Shown piece after piece: positions 1 through 12,760 of a DNA stretch of 64,000 bases (position 1 is the stretch's first letter; every line of letters starts with the position of its first letter). The DNA is from Eledone cirrhosa (taxonomy: Eukaryota), in assembly GCA_964016885.1 (NCBI GenBank), contig OZ024742.1:255502001-255566000 (forward strand). Direction: 5' to 3'. Under the pieces are notes generated by a model. It had not been told where the DNA came from and searched no databases. It was given only the letters and a program-made list of their open reading frames with translations. The translations under genes were made by a program, and so were the position numbers.

Positions 1-3000
1 GGGCAAGCGTTCAGGCTAGTGGCCGTCTATGCCCCGACAGGAGCAGGGCGGCCTGATTTCTTCCGGCGTCTGGAGACCTTTCTTGGAACGTCCCGCTCTT
101 TAGTGATAGTGGGCGACTGGAACGGGATCTTAGATGCACGCTGGGACTGTGTGGGATTAGCGGATAGGGGTGGAGGGTGCAAGAGCCTCACCAACCTGCT
201 CAGGCGTTTTGAACTGTCTGACAGGTACCGATTGGATTTCCCGAATGTGCCAATGTGGACTTGGACAAACCGCATAGGGTCATCCAGATCATATCTAGAT
301 AGAGTATTTTGTAGGGAAATAGATAGGTCTAGCATAGGCTGTCCACAATTCAAGATAGTCAGCTACACGGACCACAAATTCGTGACCTGTGTGCTTGACT
401 TAGATAGGCTTCATAGACGAGGACCCGGCTACTGGAAGCTAAACGCGTCCTTACCAGCGCGCAAGGCCTACAGAGACCGGATTAGCGAACTAGTTAAGCG
501 GGCGTTGACGGGGGCCATCGTCAACAACAAGTGGTGGTTTGCTCTGAAAAGAGCGATTAGAATAGAATCGATTAGGTTTAGTAAGGCTTTAGCAATAGAG
601 AAAAATAGAGCAGAGGGAGAACTAGTTAGAAAATTAGACGAGGCGCTTAGCAAAGGCATTGCGACCGACGTGCTTGCGGCGAAATTGGCCCTTGACCAAT
701 TCTTCAATGCAAAGCACGAAGGCTGCGTTGTCAGAGCTAGGGTGCGTGCTCTCAGACACGAGGGGACGAAAGCCGTTCAATGGGCCCGAGTGGCGGAGGC
801 GCGTCGTGGCAACAAAGTCACGATCCGGTCTTTGGTGGACCACGACGGGCGCATGCTACTCGATCCCAGGCAAATGTGTGAAGCTTTTCAGCGACACTTC
901 GCTCAGCTGTTCGGGGGCAGCGGGGGGCCGGGTAGAGGGATGGACTTTAGTGTCTACCTCGACGGACTGCCGCGGCTCTCGGCCACTGAGGCGAAGTGTT
1001 GCGAAAAGCCGATAACAGCCGCTGAAGTAAGGGAGGCAATGACTGGCTGCACAAGGGGTAAATCGCCTGGTTTGGATGGTCTGCCCTATGAACTTTACGT
1101 ACAGATGCCAGACTTGTTCGGAGGCCTCTTGGCGGACGTCTACTGCAACTGGCAACAGAACGGGAGAATTCCCAGTTCTGTGAGCCGAGGAGCGGTGGCA
1201 CTGCTGAGAAAGGATCCGAACAAGGGGGATAACATAGACAATTTCCGGCCCATAACTCTGCTAAACACAGAGTTCAAGATTTTGGCCAAGGTGCTAGCAA
1301 AGAGGTTGGCGCTTGTCGTTGGTGGTCTGGTGGGAGAGGCGCAGACATGCGCCATCCCCGACAGATCCATCCACGACAACCTCCACCTCATGCGATACAT
1401 CATAGAGAGGGTAGCTAAGGAACCTGGCACGGGTGGGTCCTTGATCAATTTAGATCAGTCGAAAGCTTTCGATAGGGTCGACCATCGTTACCTAGCGGCA
1501 GTCCTGAGGGCGGCTGGCTTTGGGCCCGTCTTCAGAGGCTGGATCGCTGCCATGCACAGCGACATCTGCTCTGTGGTGAGAGTGAACGGTCACCTGTCGG
1601 AACCGTTCAACATCATGCGCTCGGTCCGCCAAGGATGTCCCCTCTCGTCCCTCTTGTACGTATTGACTCTCGGGCCATTACTGCACAAACTGGAGACGTT
1701 GAGGGGAGTCCCGCGCGAACTAGGATGCGGAAGATCCGTGTCAGCATATGCGGACGATGTCACCGTAGTGGTGTCGAACGCCAAACATATCGAGGCGATC
1801 GGCACTACACTAAGAGAATACGAAGCGGTGACAGGAGCAATGATCAACCAGGAAAAGTCAGTGGGCCTGCAGCTCGGCACCTGGAGAGGCAGGTCCATGC
1901 CGTCCAACAGCGTCGTCGGGCGCTGGACGGACGGACCGGTTAAATTGCTAGGGGTCTGGTTCGGTCCGGACCTCCAGACGGACAAAAACTGGGACGAGGT
2001 GACGAGCAGGGTGGCTTCTCTCACCCAGAAATGGGCGGAGAGGAAGCTATCCCTGAAAGGTCGAGCGGAGGTGGCTAACGCGTACATCGCGTCTGTCATC
2101 TGCTACCGCCTAACCGTCGTACCTTGTCCTAAGCCTCGCCTGACTGCGCTGGAGCGTTTGCTCTTTCGCTTTTTGTGGAAGGGACGTGCTCCGATGGTCA
2201 GGCGGTCCATCTGTTGTCAACACCCGCTACGTGGAGGGCTGGGCATGCCGTGGCTGATGATGCGCAGGCACGCGCTCAGGCTACGACATCTCCACCTCTT
2301 CCTCGACGATGATCAGGTGTGGTCGCCGTTTGCTAGACGCGTTTTTCCCCAGCTCGTTTCCTTGACGGAGCTGCAGTCCTGGGCCAAGCGAAGACCGAGA
2401 GGGAGCGCCTGGAGACTGGAATGTCTTCAGGCGCTCACAGCCCTCGACCAATCGGGCAATGTGATCGCTGGAAACTCCACCTCGGCGTTCTATAGAGGAT
2501 TAGTGGAGGGGAAGAGCGACGACGTACTTGGGGAAACTCTAGGCGTCGACGAAAATCAACTAGCCAATCTCTTCGGAAGAACTTTCGGGCCAGGGCCTAT
2601 GGACAACTTCCAGAAATCTCTGGCCTGGCAGTTCTACCGAGGAGCCTTGCCAGTTCGAGATAAACTCTACAGGCATGGTGGTGCCGTCAGCCGGGCATGT
2701 CCGAGATGCGCGCAGGGCGACGAAACCGTCCTGCACGCACTCGTCCAGTGTCAGAAAATTGCTGACTTGTGGGTTTATGTCGAACACCTGCTGTCGCGTT
2801 TAGGACGGATCCGGCTATCATCTGAGGCCATCGTGAGGATTGCCCCGCCCTCCTCCTTTATCCGGGAAGGGCAGGCAGTTTTTATCTGCCTGGTGGCCAT
2901 GGTGAAAGAGATAGTATGATGGACACGTTTGAAAGGGCTGAAGACGAGCACTTACCTCTTCGGTGATGCTCTGATTGACTTTTTCAAATTTCATTTGAAA

Positions 3001-3114
3001 AGGAAAATCAGAGTAGAGAGGGAAGTGCTCTCTTCCCAGCATTTTGTTGAAAGATGGGTGAGAGAAGCAAGAATGGCCCGAGTGAATGGGCCTACTCTGA
3101 GTATATATCTGTAA
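1..3114 (+). CDS. LINE ORF2: APE endonuclease (C-terminal part) + reverse transcriptase + C-terminal Cys/His zinc finger; one premature TGA at 2917-2919
   Basis: Frame open from base 1 (GQAFRLVAVYAP). APE motifs GDWN, SYLDR, TDH; GYWKLN; RT motifs KSPGLDG, FRPITLLN, DQSKAFDRVDH, VRQGCPLS, YADD; CPRC..ETVLHALVQC. The same frame continues after IV*WTR to TAA at 3114. Confidence 0.92.
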
Positions 3115-3362
3115 ATTAAAGGTGGAAAACTGGGAGAGGGGACTTGCCTTGGTGGTCAGGGTCATTGTGGCTTTTTACTGGGCTTTCTCCACAAATGTCC
3201 CTCCGAAGTCTGCCCCCTATTGGGGAATTTTTCATTGTTATTTTTTGTTACATCCTCTGTTTTTGTTTTTTACACGCAGAAATGCCCATTTGTACCGTCC
3301 TGCATTGTCCTGCACTGTCCTTAATGTCTACTTTATGTAAACCCTTGTGGTTAATAAAGAAA
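1..3362 (+). mobile_element. Tx1/L1-clade non-LTR retrotransposon (5' part outside window), with 3' UTR and AATAAA ending at (ATT)n
   Basis: ORF2 motifs (next feature); T-rich 3' UTR 3115-3360; AATAAA ~3353 directly before the (ATT)n tract; GC/CpG-rich block in AT-rich surroundings. Confidence 0.92.

Positions 3363-3403
<41 letters not shown>
3363..3403. repeat. (ATT/TAA)n tract between two retroelement 3' ends
   Basis: Direct reading. Confidence 0.95.
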
Positions 3404-4064
3404 GTTCTTTGAGTCTCAGTCATTGATGTTAGTTAACTGGAAAGTTTGTTGAAATGAATATCAAGCCACTACCTGCAGCCTCAGATATTCAGGACGTATC
3501 GGAGGGTTCTTGCTGTTCCCAGCAAGCATGCCTTTTGAAGCGTTCCAAAAAGCGTGGCGGGGCCAATTTTCTTTAACCATCCCTGGAAACTTTTTGAGAT
3601 AGTACCTTGTGCGCCTATGACAATCGGGACCACTTTAACTTCATGGCAGTTCCAAATCCTTTTTACCTCCCACTTTATGTCCTGGTATCGGTTAATTTTC
3701 TCCCTCTCCTTCTCTTGCACTCTCGTGTCGAATGGGCAGGCCACATCCACATGATCTTTTTTCCTTGTCCAAAACCACCAGGTCAGGTCTATTGTGTTCC
3801 AGTTTCTTGTCCGTCTGTATCCTAAAATCCCACAGCACCTTCACCTGATCGTTTTCTATCACCAACTCTGGCTTATGCTCATACCACTTGTCAGAATGTG
3901 GTAAATTGTTTACTTTGCATAGGTGCCAGTGGATCACCCTGCCCATCACATCATGTCTCCAACCCTTATAGTGGGTCTGGGCTAGGTGTTTACACTCGGA
4001 TACAATGTGAGCCACATTCTCCCCTCTCTCTCCACAGGTCCTGGACAGTGGGCTAGCCTACTCC
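3404..4064 (-). mobile_element. 5'-truncated RLE-type non-LTR retrotransposon (R4/Dong-like): zinc knuckle + restriction-like endonuclease, frameshift near 3750
   Basis: HIVSEC..Y..RHD, WDFRIQTD, RPDLVVLDK, DVACPFD, EKINRY, VVPIVIGAQG (PD-D/ExK RLE); short 3' UTR; (TAA)n on both sides, the known Dong target. Confidence 0.85.
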
Positions 4065-4094
4065 TTTATTAATATTATTATTATTATTATTATT

Positions 4095-4300
4095 GGGTGG
4101 TGGATTGGCAGTATCGGTAGAGGGTCGGACGCCATGCTTTCCAGCATAGTTACGTCCCTTTACGATCTGAGTTCCCTTTACGATCTGAGTTCAAATCCCG
4201 CCGAGATTGACTTTGCCTTTCATCCTTACGGGGTCGATAAAATAAAGTACCAGTAATGCACTGGATATTTGCTGGCCTTGTGCCTAAAGTTGAAACAATT
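4095..4300 (+). mobile_element. tRNA-derived SINE with Meta-type central domain; internal ~18-bp duplication
   Basis: A box TGGCAGTATCGG, B box GAGTTCAAATCC, domain GACTTTGCCTTTCATCCTTACGGGGTCGATAAAATAAAGTACC, (ATT)n tail; ~12 related copies in the window. Confidence 0.85.
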
Positions 4301-4504
4301 ATTATTATTATTATTATTATTAGTATTATTGCGTGCAATTTGATTACTGATCACAGCTCTGTACAACTGAGGTATGTGCAGTGTTGTTTCTTTTGTATAG
4401 AAAGTACTTTTTGTAACATGTGTGCAGTGATTAGGAGTGCTGTTTTCTATATGTTGAATACATTTCTAAGTCCTAGTGTTTTGTTTATGCGCATTGTTGT
4501 TGGT

Positions 4505-4522
4505 ACAATAACAACAACAACA

Positions 4523-4576
<54 letters not shown>

Positions 4577-4586
4577 GCTGTTGCTG

Positions 4587-4643
<57 letters not shown>

Positions 4644-4713
4644 TTTTTATTATTATTATTATTATTTTTATTATTATTGTTGTTGTTGTTGTTATTATGA
4701 TTATTATTATTAT
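4505..4713. repeat. Compound trinucleotide microsatellite (CAA/CTA/TTA/TTG)
   Basis: Direct reading. Confidence 0.95.
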
Positions 4714-5129
4714 TCCTTATACTCTTTCCATCGTATATGTTTTGCTTTTCTTAATATACAATATAGCTTACATTCTGTGTTTTCTTATAGTTTATTATGT
4801 ACATTTTTAATAGAATCTATTCCCGCCTAAGGTAAGTTGTAAAGTTAATTGTACAAGGTAAATAGCTTGTTTCCAGCTGGTAAAGAGTTTTCCACCATTT
4901 TGATTAGATATTTAAATACATTGTGTATAGCATATACATATTCCGTTTGAAAACCAAATTCCTTATTATACATGTTAATGATATCCCCATCATTTTCATT
5001 ATATGAATTATTTCCGTTCGAAGTCCTGGAGACTGCAAAACAAAGTAGTATTCACTGTATTCTATGTTGTAAAATAGGTCCAGATCCAACGGCAGGCACT
5101 ATCTCTTTTAAATCACCGACGAAGTTTGA

Positions 5130-5620
5130 TAACCAGTTGGAAAGGTATAACACACCATTGCTCATAAAACATGTTGCAAATCATTTTTTCTTCCAAATCT
5201 AAAAATATTTCCCGAATGGCCATAAATCCCTCTAACTGCTTAACAAAAACCTCTTAAATATAAACTATAGCTGCATGCAAAACATTTTCCATCCATCAAG
5301 AGCAGCATTGCCAAAATATTGCAACCAAATCTCAAGTGAAGTGAACTAGCATGCAGTTGTTGAAACATAGAACTTTTCCATCTGGTGGGCAAATGTTTAG
5401 AGAAAAGCTATGTATACCTGAAGTATAACATTCCCTTAGGGCACATCAATAAATTACACAGAGCTTACATAGCAGGTTTTCAAGAGTTGTCTATAGCAGC
5501 ACAACTCGTTTCCTCGTCGCTATCTGAAGAACACTGCAACACACCATTTTAAAGCATATTGGAAATAGAAAGTTAAAGAACAAACTACCAAGTCTCCTCC
5601 TGCACAATGTGAGTTAATCC
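5130..5620 (+). mobile_element. Decayed Naiad-type PLE fragment (thumb, linker, GIY-YIG)
   Basis: Remnant peptides YNTP, FPNGHK, NKN..INYSCMQNI, CSC*..GKCLEKSYVY, collinear with the 30479 ORF. Confidence 0.6.
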
Positions 5621-6139
5621 ACTTGAGCCCGTCTCCAGTGGTACTTCACCCGATTTTCTGAACTATAGTTATTGACAGTATTTATGGACATTTGCGTTGG
5701 AACGCATACATTTGAAGTTTCAAAATGTTCCAATGCTTTGTACGTCAAGTGCTACGTTTGCACACAGACACAGACACACCCACATCCACACACACGCAAG
5801 CACACGCACAAATATGGCTGTCAATTGACTTAACTTAAACAGAAATAAATCGACACCAAACGAACGCAATCCATAAACCTATACTCAACTATACTTACCA
5901 GGTATATTCTACACAAGATATAAAGTAAATCCAATCAAGTCTTATAAAATCACTTACAAACGTTCACAGCGTAACCACAAACAAACTACCCCAATTACAG
6001 ATAACGGGGTGTAACAGACATCATCAGGCTTCAACCGATGTCTTACATGGTTTTTATATATACCACTCTCCAGCTACCATAAATCCAGTCACAGAGAGAG
6101 AGAGAGAGACACACACTCATATATACATTCATATATATA

Positions 6140-6330
6140 ATTGTTTCTACTTTTGGCACAAGGCCAGCAATTATCCCAGTGCATTACTGGTACTTTATTT
6201 TATCGACCCCGTAAGGATGAAAGGCAAAGTTAACCTCGGTGGGATTTGAACTCAGATCATAAAGGGAGGTAACTCTATGCTTCAAAGCATGGCGTCCGAC
6301 CCTCTACCGATACTGCTAATCCTACCGCCC
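6140..6330 (-). mobile_element. Meta-domain tRNA-SINE copy
   Basis: Reverse complement of the 4095-4300 family. Confidence 0.88.
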
Positions 6331-6891
6331 TATATATATATTCATTCATATATATAATTCATATATATAATAAATACATAATAATACATTCATATATATA
6401 ATAAAACCCAATATGATCTACCCGCTCTTGATTATCAGCTGAATTTAGAGCAATTCGTTATTGAATACTACTATAGATCTATATCCCGATTCCACACTTT
6501 CGTCGTCAGAGTTTGTATACATAGTGAGATAAAAGCAGACGACAAACGAAAGAGCTGCAGGGATTTTCCAAAATAACTAAATGAATAAATAATTGAAAGA
6601 GTGAGGTAGAAAGTGGAGAGAGAGAGCGAGAGAGAGAGGGGGTGGTAGTGAGAAGGAAAAATATGGTGAACGAGAGAGAGAGAGAGAGAGAAAGAGGGAG
6701 AGATTGGTAGTGAGAAGGAAAGAGATGATGAACGAGAGAGAGAGGGAGAGAAAGAGAGCAAGTGCGAGTGAGAGAGAGTGAGAGAGAAAGTGAGGGAGTG
6801 GCGGAAAAGAAGAAGAAAGGAAGAAATATAAAAGGAAGGATTCTTTTATATGCTGACATATAATGAAGATTTTTTATTTGATATATATATA

Positions 6892-6946
<55 letters not shown>

Positions 6947-7362
6947 GTAGCTTTATCTTTATATAATATCTATGTTATATGGAAAATTAGAATTGTTCGT
7001 GATATTTCAAAGAATCATATAAATTCCGGCTAAAGTGGGAAGCCCTGAGTTGATTTGAAATAAAAATATATCAAAGTGCATTGATATGGAAGCATTTATG
7101 TGTAATGAAAGTCGTGCTATTTTATATAACCTTTTCTGTTAATACATTTGAACATATATCATTATGATTGCCACTCGTCAAACACATAAAAACTATGATG
7201 CGTTTCATCTACGGTAGCCTTTTACAATATTATAGGAATATTGTTTTTATATATTTATATATTTTTTCATTATAATGCTTTTCTTTGCTCTTTTCGTTAT
7301 TTATGTTGTTGTTATGTCGGTTTTATGATTACAATTCCTTTTGTCTTTATATATATATATAT

Positions 7363-7410
<48 letters not shown>

Positions 7411-7809
7411 GTGCATTATACAATAGATATATGGACTACTTGTGGCTTTGAAGTTCGTTAGCCATTATATTGTATTGAAGTTTATCGATCTGTTATTGTG
7501 GTTGCTATTCTTATTGCTGCCAGTAACACTAAGGATAGAGATAGATTCAGTGGTTTTTGCTGCTACTGTTGCCGCTGAAGATAATGTTACTGCTGTTTAT
7601 GCTGCTGTTAGTGCTTCTGTAAGTAAAACACTACTTGTGATAATAATGTGGTTATATAAAGAGACAAAAGCAGAAGTGGTTGTGGTGGTACCGATAATAA
7701 AAGCCTAGATATTCTTGTTGTTCTAGCATCATACTTCTATGGCAAAGATAAGAATCGCAACCATTATCATATTCATCATTGTTATTGTTATCAGTATTTT
7801 AATCCTTAA

Positions 7810-8026
7810 CGTCCTGTACCACATAAAACTACTTTAACAAGACATTCTTTAAAAGTACAAAAGAATAAACAAAAACAAAACAAAAAAGATTGCATGGCAT
7901 TAATAGACTATTTGATATAATATTAGAAATGTTCACAACGATCTGTTCACTTGTGAAGATAATTTAAACATTTGAATTAAAAAAAACTTCCTTTTTAGAT
8001 ATTTTGTAATAAAACACTACAGAATG
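7810..8026. mobile_element. Short MITE-like element with ~9-bp TIRs in a TTAA-like site; same family as 20692-21203
   Basis: TTAA|CGTCCTGTA...TACAGAATG|TTAT; both ends are homologous to 20692-21203. Confidence 0.5.
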
Positions 8027-8353
8027 TTATGAGTTAATTAGTAATATTAAGGCTTTCTAAATTAAGCTCAAGGAAGAAGGAGGAGAGAAGAAGCTCGATT
8101 ATATCGATCCAAGTACATGACTAACTGGTACTATATATTAATACAAATCATTAGTCAAGGAGAGGCTATGGTTGAAGAGAATAACCCACATGGCTGTATC
8201 GTGAGCCTGAATCCGAGACCACGCGCTCATGCACTTTTACGCAGTTTCGTTTACATCTGTACTGTAGACATACAGATATAGATTTACCCTATATTTCGGC
8301 TACTTAGCCTGCAATACAATATAACATAATATAATATAATATAAGTATTTATA

Positions 8354-8504
<151 letters not shown>

Positions 8505-8878
8505 ATATATAGAGAGAGAGAGAGAAGGGGAGATTGGAAATAGCACGGAAAATATATTTAAGGGTCTGTTTATCATTTTTTACTTTATTTGATTCGTCAA
8601 AATGACATCATTATTGATAAAATGAGAAGGACAATTATTTTAAAAAAGAGTTTTATAATGTATATAAAGTATATAAAGTATTACCGCTTTCGATGTATTA
8701 TTAAAATTCATCTTATCAAATGTTGAGTATAACAATTAAAACGAATTAATAAGAATTAAAATCTAAAAATTAAAGATTTAAAATTAAGTGTTGAGACAAT
8801 TGTTTTCATCTACCATGTTGAGAAGGAGACCGGAAAAATGAACTCTTGTGTATATAGAGAGAAGTGTATATATATATA

Positions 8879-8992
8879 TATTGGTAAATGGAAAAGAAAA
8901 TGGTGACAAATTTTTCACTGTGAACAATTTGTCAGCATTTTCTTTTCCACTTAGCAATATATCATAACTTGTGTGTTACACCTCTATTCTTT

Positions 8993-8998
<6 letters not shown>
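8879..8998. mobile_element. Mini fold-back PLE end (~40-bp arms plus tail), same family as 10657-11783
   Basis: TTGGTAAATGGAAAAGAAAATG..CAAATT inverted to AATTTGTCAGCATTTTCTTTTCCACTTAGCAA; tail is the reverse complement of 10657-10690; (TA)n flanks. Confidence 0.7.
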
Positions 8999-9024
<26 letters not shown>

Positions 9025-9029
<5 letters not shown>

Positions 9030-10638
9030 AAAGTTTGTCCTTCATCAGTGATCTTCCAACTATCATAGGCATTTCATCGCTTTAAAGACCATATACCTCC
9101 GGTTGGTGCGAGCAACGGCTAAAAAAAGTCGTTGGGACACGTAAATAAAGGGGACGCGAGGGTAAACAAACAAAATGGTGAGGCAACAGAAAGTGAGGAA
9201 GAAGGAGACAAGTCCCAGATTTCTATGAATTTAAGTTCGGTGAAATCGTGAACGAGAGAATAAAGACCATCAAACCTGGTTGAAATGTGAGCAAGGAAGG
9301 AATTTCGCACAGGTCTAACGGGAGGAAGAAGGGGTCTGGTCTGCGAATTCGGTAAACATAAGTTCTGTGAAATCGTAGACGAGAGAGAAAAAAATTCCGA
9401 CCAGCTGGGCAGAGAATGTGAGAGAAACGAGTTACTCACAGGTCAAACGGGAAGAAAGAGGAGGAGGAGGAGAGGTAGTGACAGAGAATGAGTGAGTGAA
9501 GGGTGAGGTGAGTAAGAGGCTAACAGAGAGAGAGAGACTGCTAGAAAGGGTAAAGATACATAGAGCGAAAAAGACGGTGTAGCAGCAGAGGAAAAAATAT
9601 GTGTAAATATGATCTCTCGTCTACGATTTCACAGAACTTATGTTTACCGAATTCGCAGACCAGACCCCTTCTTCCTCCCGTTAGATCTGTGCGAAATTCC
9701 TTCCTTGCTCACATTTCAACCAGGTTTGATGGTCTTTATTCTCTCGTTCAAGATTTCACCGAACTTAAATTCATAGAAATCTGGGACTTGTCTCCTTCTT
9801 CCTCACTTTCTGTTGCCTCACCATTTTGTTTGTTTACCCTCGCGTCCCCTTTATTTACGTGTCCCAACGACTTTTTTAGCCGTTGCTCGCACCAACCGGA
9901 GGTATATGGTCTTTAAAGCGATGAAATGCCTATGATAGTTGGAAGATCACTGATGAAGGATAAACTTTTTTCATATGTAACCCATTTGCAACTCCGCAGC
10001 GCCCTTATTATCATATTTACACATATTTTTTCCTCTGCTGCTACACCGTCTTTTTCGTTCTATGTATCTTTACCCTTTCTAGCAGTCTCTCTCTCTGTTA
10101 GCCTCTTCCTCACCTCACCCTTCACTCACTCATTCTCTGTCACTACCTCTCCTCCTCCTCCTCTTTCTTCCCGTTTGACCTGTGAGTAACTCTTTTCTCT
10201 CACATTCTCGGCCAAGCTGGTCGGAATTTTTTTTCTCTCTCATCTACGATTTCACAGAACTTATGTTTACCGAATTCGCAGACCAGACCCCTTCTTCCTC
10301 CCGTTAGACCTGTGCGAAATTCCTTCCTTGCTCACATTTCAACCAGGTTTGATGGTCTTTATTCTCTCGTTCACGATTTCACCGAACTTAAATTCATAGA
10401 AATCTGGGACTTGTCTCCTTCTTCCTCACTTTCTGTTGCCTCACCATTTTGTTTGTTTACCCTCGCGTCCCCTTTATTTACGTGTCCCAACGACTTTTTT
10501 TAGCCGTTGCTCGCACCAACCGGAGGTATATGGTCTTTAAAGCGATGAAATGCCTATGATAGTTGGAAGATCACTGATGAAGGACAACCTTTTTTCATAT
10601 GTAACCCATTTGCAACTCCGCAGTGCCCTTATTATCAT
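9025..10638. mobile_element. Non-coding PLE/retrozyme-like element: 624-bp unit present as an inverted copy plus ~1.6 direct tandem copies
   Basis: 9025-9613 is the reverse complement of ~10011-10600; GTAACCCATTTGC recurs at 9977 and 10601 (period 624); (TA)n flanks. Confidence 0.75.
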
Positions 10639-10656
10639 ATATATATATATATATAT

Positions 10657-11779
10657 AGTTAAAAGAATAGAGGTGTAACACACTAGTTATTATATATTGG
10701 TAAACGGAATAGAAAATGCTGACAAATTGTTCACAGTTGAAAAATGGTTTAATTAGGAATAAAAGAGTATTAGTGATTGTATGGGTTAGTATTCAGTTGT
10801 GGTTTTAAGTTTTTAAGTTTTTACCGGTTGCGCATTTCTAAATGCTTTTCAAAAATAATTTTGAGATAGAGTGTCCGTGCTGTTTGCTCTGATCTGATTA
10901 GTTTTGGGAATTCTACCTGTTTTTATGTTAAAAAAATGGCTCCAGCGTTATTTTTGTGTTGCAAAAATGCTTGTGGTCAAAACAATTTTGATTGGTCGGT
11001 AGAGGTCATGTGAATGTAAAAAGTTGATTTTGCGCCAAGACTGTTTTTATGTTAAAATGTTAGAAAAGTGGCTCCAGCAAAAATTATGGTCAAAACAATT
11101 TTGATTGGTCGGTAGAGGTCATGTGGATAAAAAATGTGGATATATGCACATATATTTTTTTGTATTGCACCATAGAGCATGTGTGTTTACGTGTGTCATT
11201 GTGTTTATATGTGGGTAGAGATGTGTGCTGGTGTAGGTATGTATGTTGACGTGTGTATGTTGTGGGTTCGTCTTAGGGAGAAGTGTTTAGACGGGGTCCG
11301 TATTTGACTAAATACACACTCCCACACATACACACACAAAACCAATTTTTTATCCACATGACCTCTACCGACCAATCAAAATTGTTTTGACCATAATTTT
11401 TGCTGGAGCCACTTTTCTAACATTTTAACATAAAAACAGTCTTGGCGCAAAATCAACTTTTTACATTCACATGACCTCTACCGACCAATCAAAATTGTTT
11501 TGACCACAAGCATTTTTGCAACACAAAAATAACGCTGGAGCCATTTTTTTAACATAAAAACAGGTAGAATTCCCAAAACTAATCAGATCAGAGCAAACAG
11601 CACGGACACTCTATCTCAAAATTATTTTTGAAAAGCATTTAGAAATGCGCAACCGGTAAAAACTTAAAAACTTAAAACCACAACTGAATACTAACCCATA
11701 CAATCACTAATACTCTTTTATTCCTAATTAAACCATTTTTCAACTGTGAACAATTTGTCTGCATTTTCTATTCCGTTTA

Positions 11780-11783
<4 letters not shown>
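10657..11783. mobile_element. Fold-back non-coding element: ~440-bp inverted arms, ~200-bp spacer, tail on the left
   Basis: ~10695-11135 inverted at ~11345-11783; ~118-bp internal duplication in each arm; (TA)n flanks. Confidence 0.8.
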
Positions 11784-11863
<80 letters not shown>

Positions 11864-12377
11864 AGTGTGTGTATGAGTGTCCGCGTGTGTGTCCGTGTTT
11901 GTGTGTCTCTGCGTCTCTCTCTCTCTCTCTATATATATATACAATTAATGCAACTGATATCAACCAATTAATAAATAGATTCAATTAATATAAACTATGA
12001 AAAATACTGATATATACCTAAACCAGCGCCGGTTTCACGAATGCAAAATTGCTAGAATCAGTCATGTAAATATGTACATTTCCGACAGTATATTGCATAA
12101 CAATTCGGAATCAGCATAGGATCTTCAATATGCTTACCCAGTAAACAATACAGAGAAAATAGAATATTTTTCAGTCACTCGACATTCTAGCCGTAGTTAG
12201 CTATGTTTTCGTGTGTCTGCCACCAAATATCGACTAAATACACACTCCCACACATACACACACAAATCTATATATATTACGAACTTAATTGGTCATTGAG
12301 TGGATGATGAAACGACCGAAACTATGTCCGATCTAATCGACATGCTTCGTATATGTATGCAAATGTACTTATATATA

Positions 12378-12524
12378 ACTAAGATAGTGTGGTAAGATTC
12401 CAGGTGGACCATAACGCACCAGAGTACTCAATACTTAGGGTAGTAGAGTGGGTAATAGGTAAAGTTCGGATCTAGCTGTCGAAACAGCCGGAGCTTAGCC
12501 GCCGGGGTCCCGACTCTTTCCCTA
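12378..12524 (-). mobile_element. Mini terminal insertion of the Naiad family seen at 62399
   Basis: Shared tail (GTGGTAAG..CATAACGCACCAGAGTACTCAATACTTAGGGTAGTAGAGTGGGTAATA) plus inverted hammerhead 3' half; TA flanks. Confidence 0.75.
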
Positions 12525-12559
12525 TATATACATATCGCTTGCTCTGATCGATCATTCAT

Positions 12560-12760
12560 TCACTTGCCGAGTGGAGTGGACCTCATCAACATGTTTCCAT
12601 TATTCTTTCCATTGGTGATACTATCTACCGATCACAACTCCTGGCAGAATGAGAAATGTGAATAAGGTGTCTTGCTCAAGGAAAACATATCACCGGTCCG
12701 ATAATTGAACTCTCATCCTCATGATTCTGAATCCAACTCTCTAACCACTAAGCCACGTGC
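12560..12760 (-). mobile_element. Old tRNA-derived SINE head (second family)
   Basis: Reverse complement reads GTGGCTTAGTGGTTAG (A box)..GAGTTCAATT (B box)..CCTTGAGCAAGACAC. Confidence 0.6.

Noticed and set aside
27-2787. Antisense and alternate-frame ORFs within the Tx1 element
   Set aside because: Shadow ORFs of a GC-rich coding sequence
4095-4210. tRNA gene
   Set aside because: The A/B boxes belong to SINE heads; no cloverleaf found
8678-8725. Hammerhead-like relics here (- strand), at ~5960-6035 and at ~12300-12332
   Set aside because: Core boxes or stems are too degenerate to call
9119-10503. Three similar ORFs (RNSFLAHISTRFDG...)
   Set aside because: By-product of the repeated 624-bp unit; no recognisable domain
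11600-11660. Hammerhead in the 10657-11783 element (GAAATGCGCA)
   Set aside because: No CUGANGA box or NUH site in register
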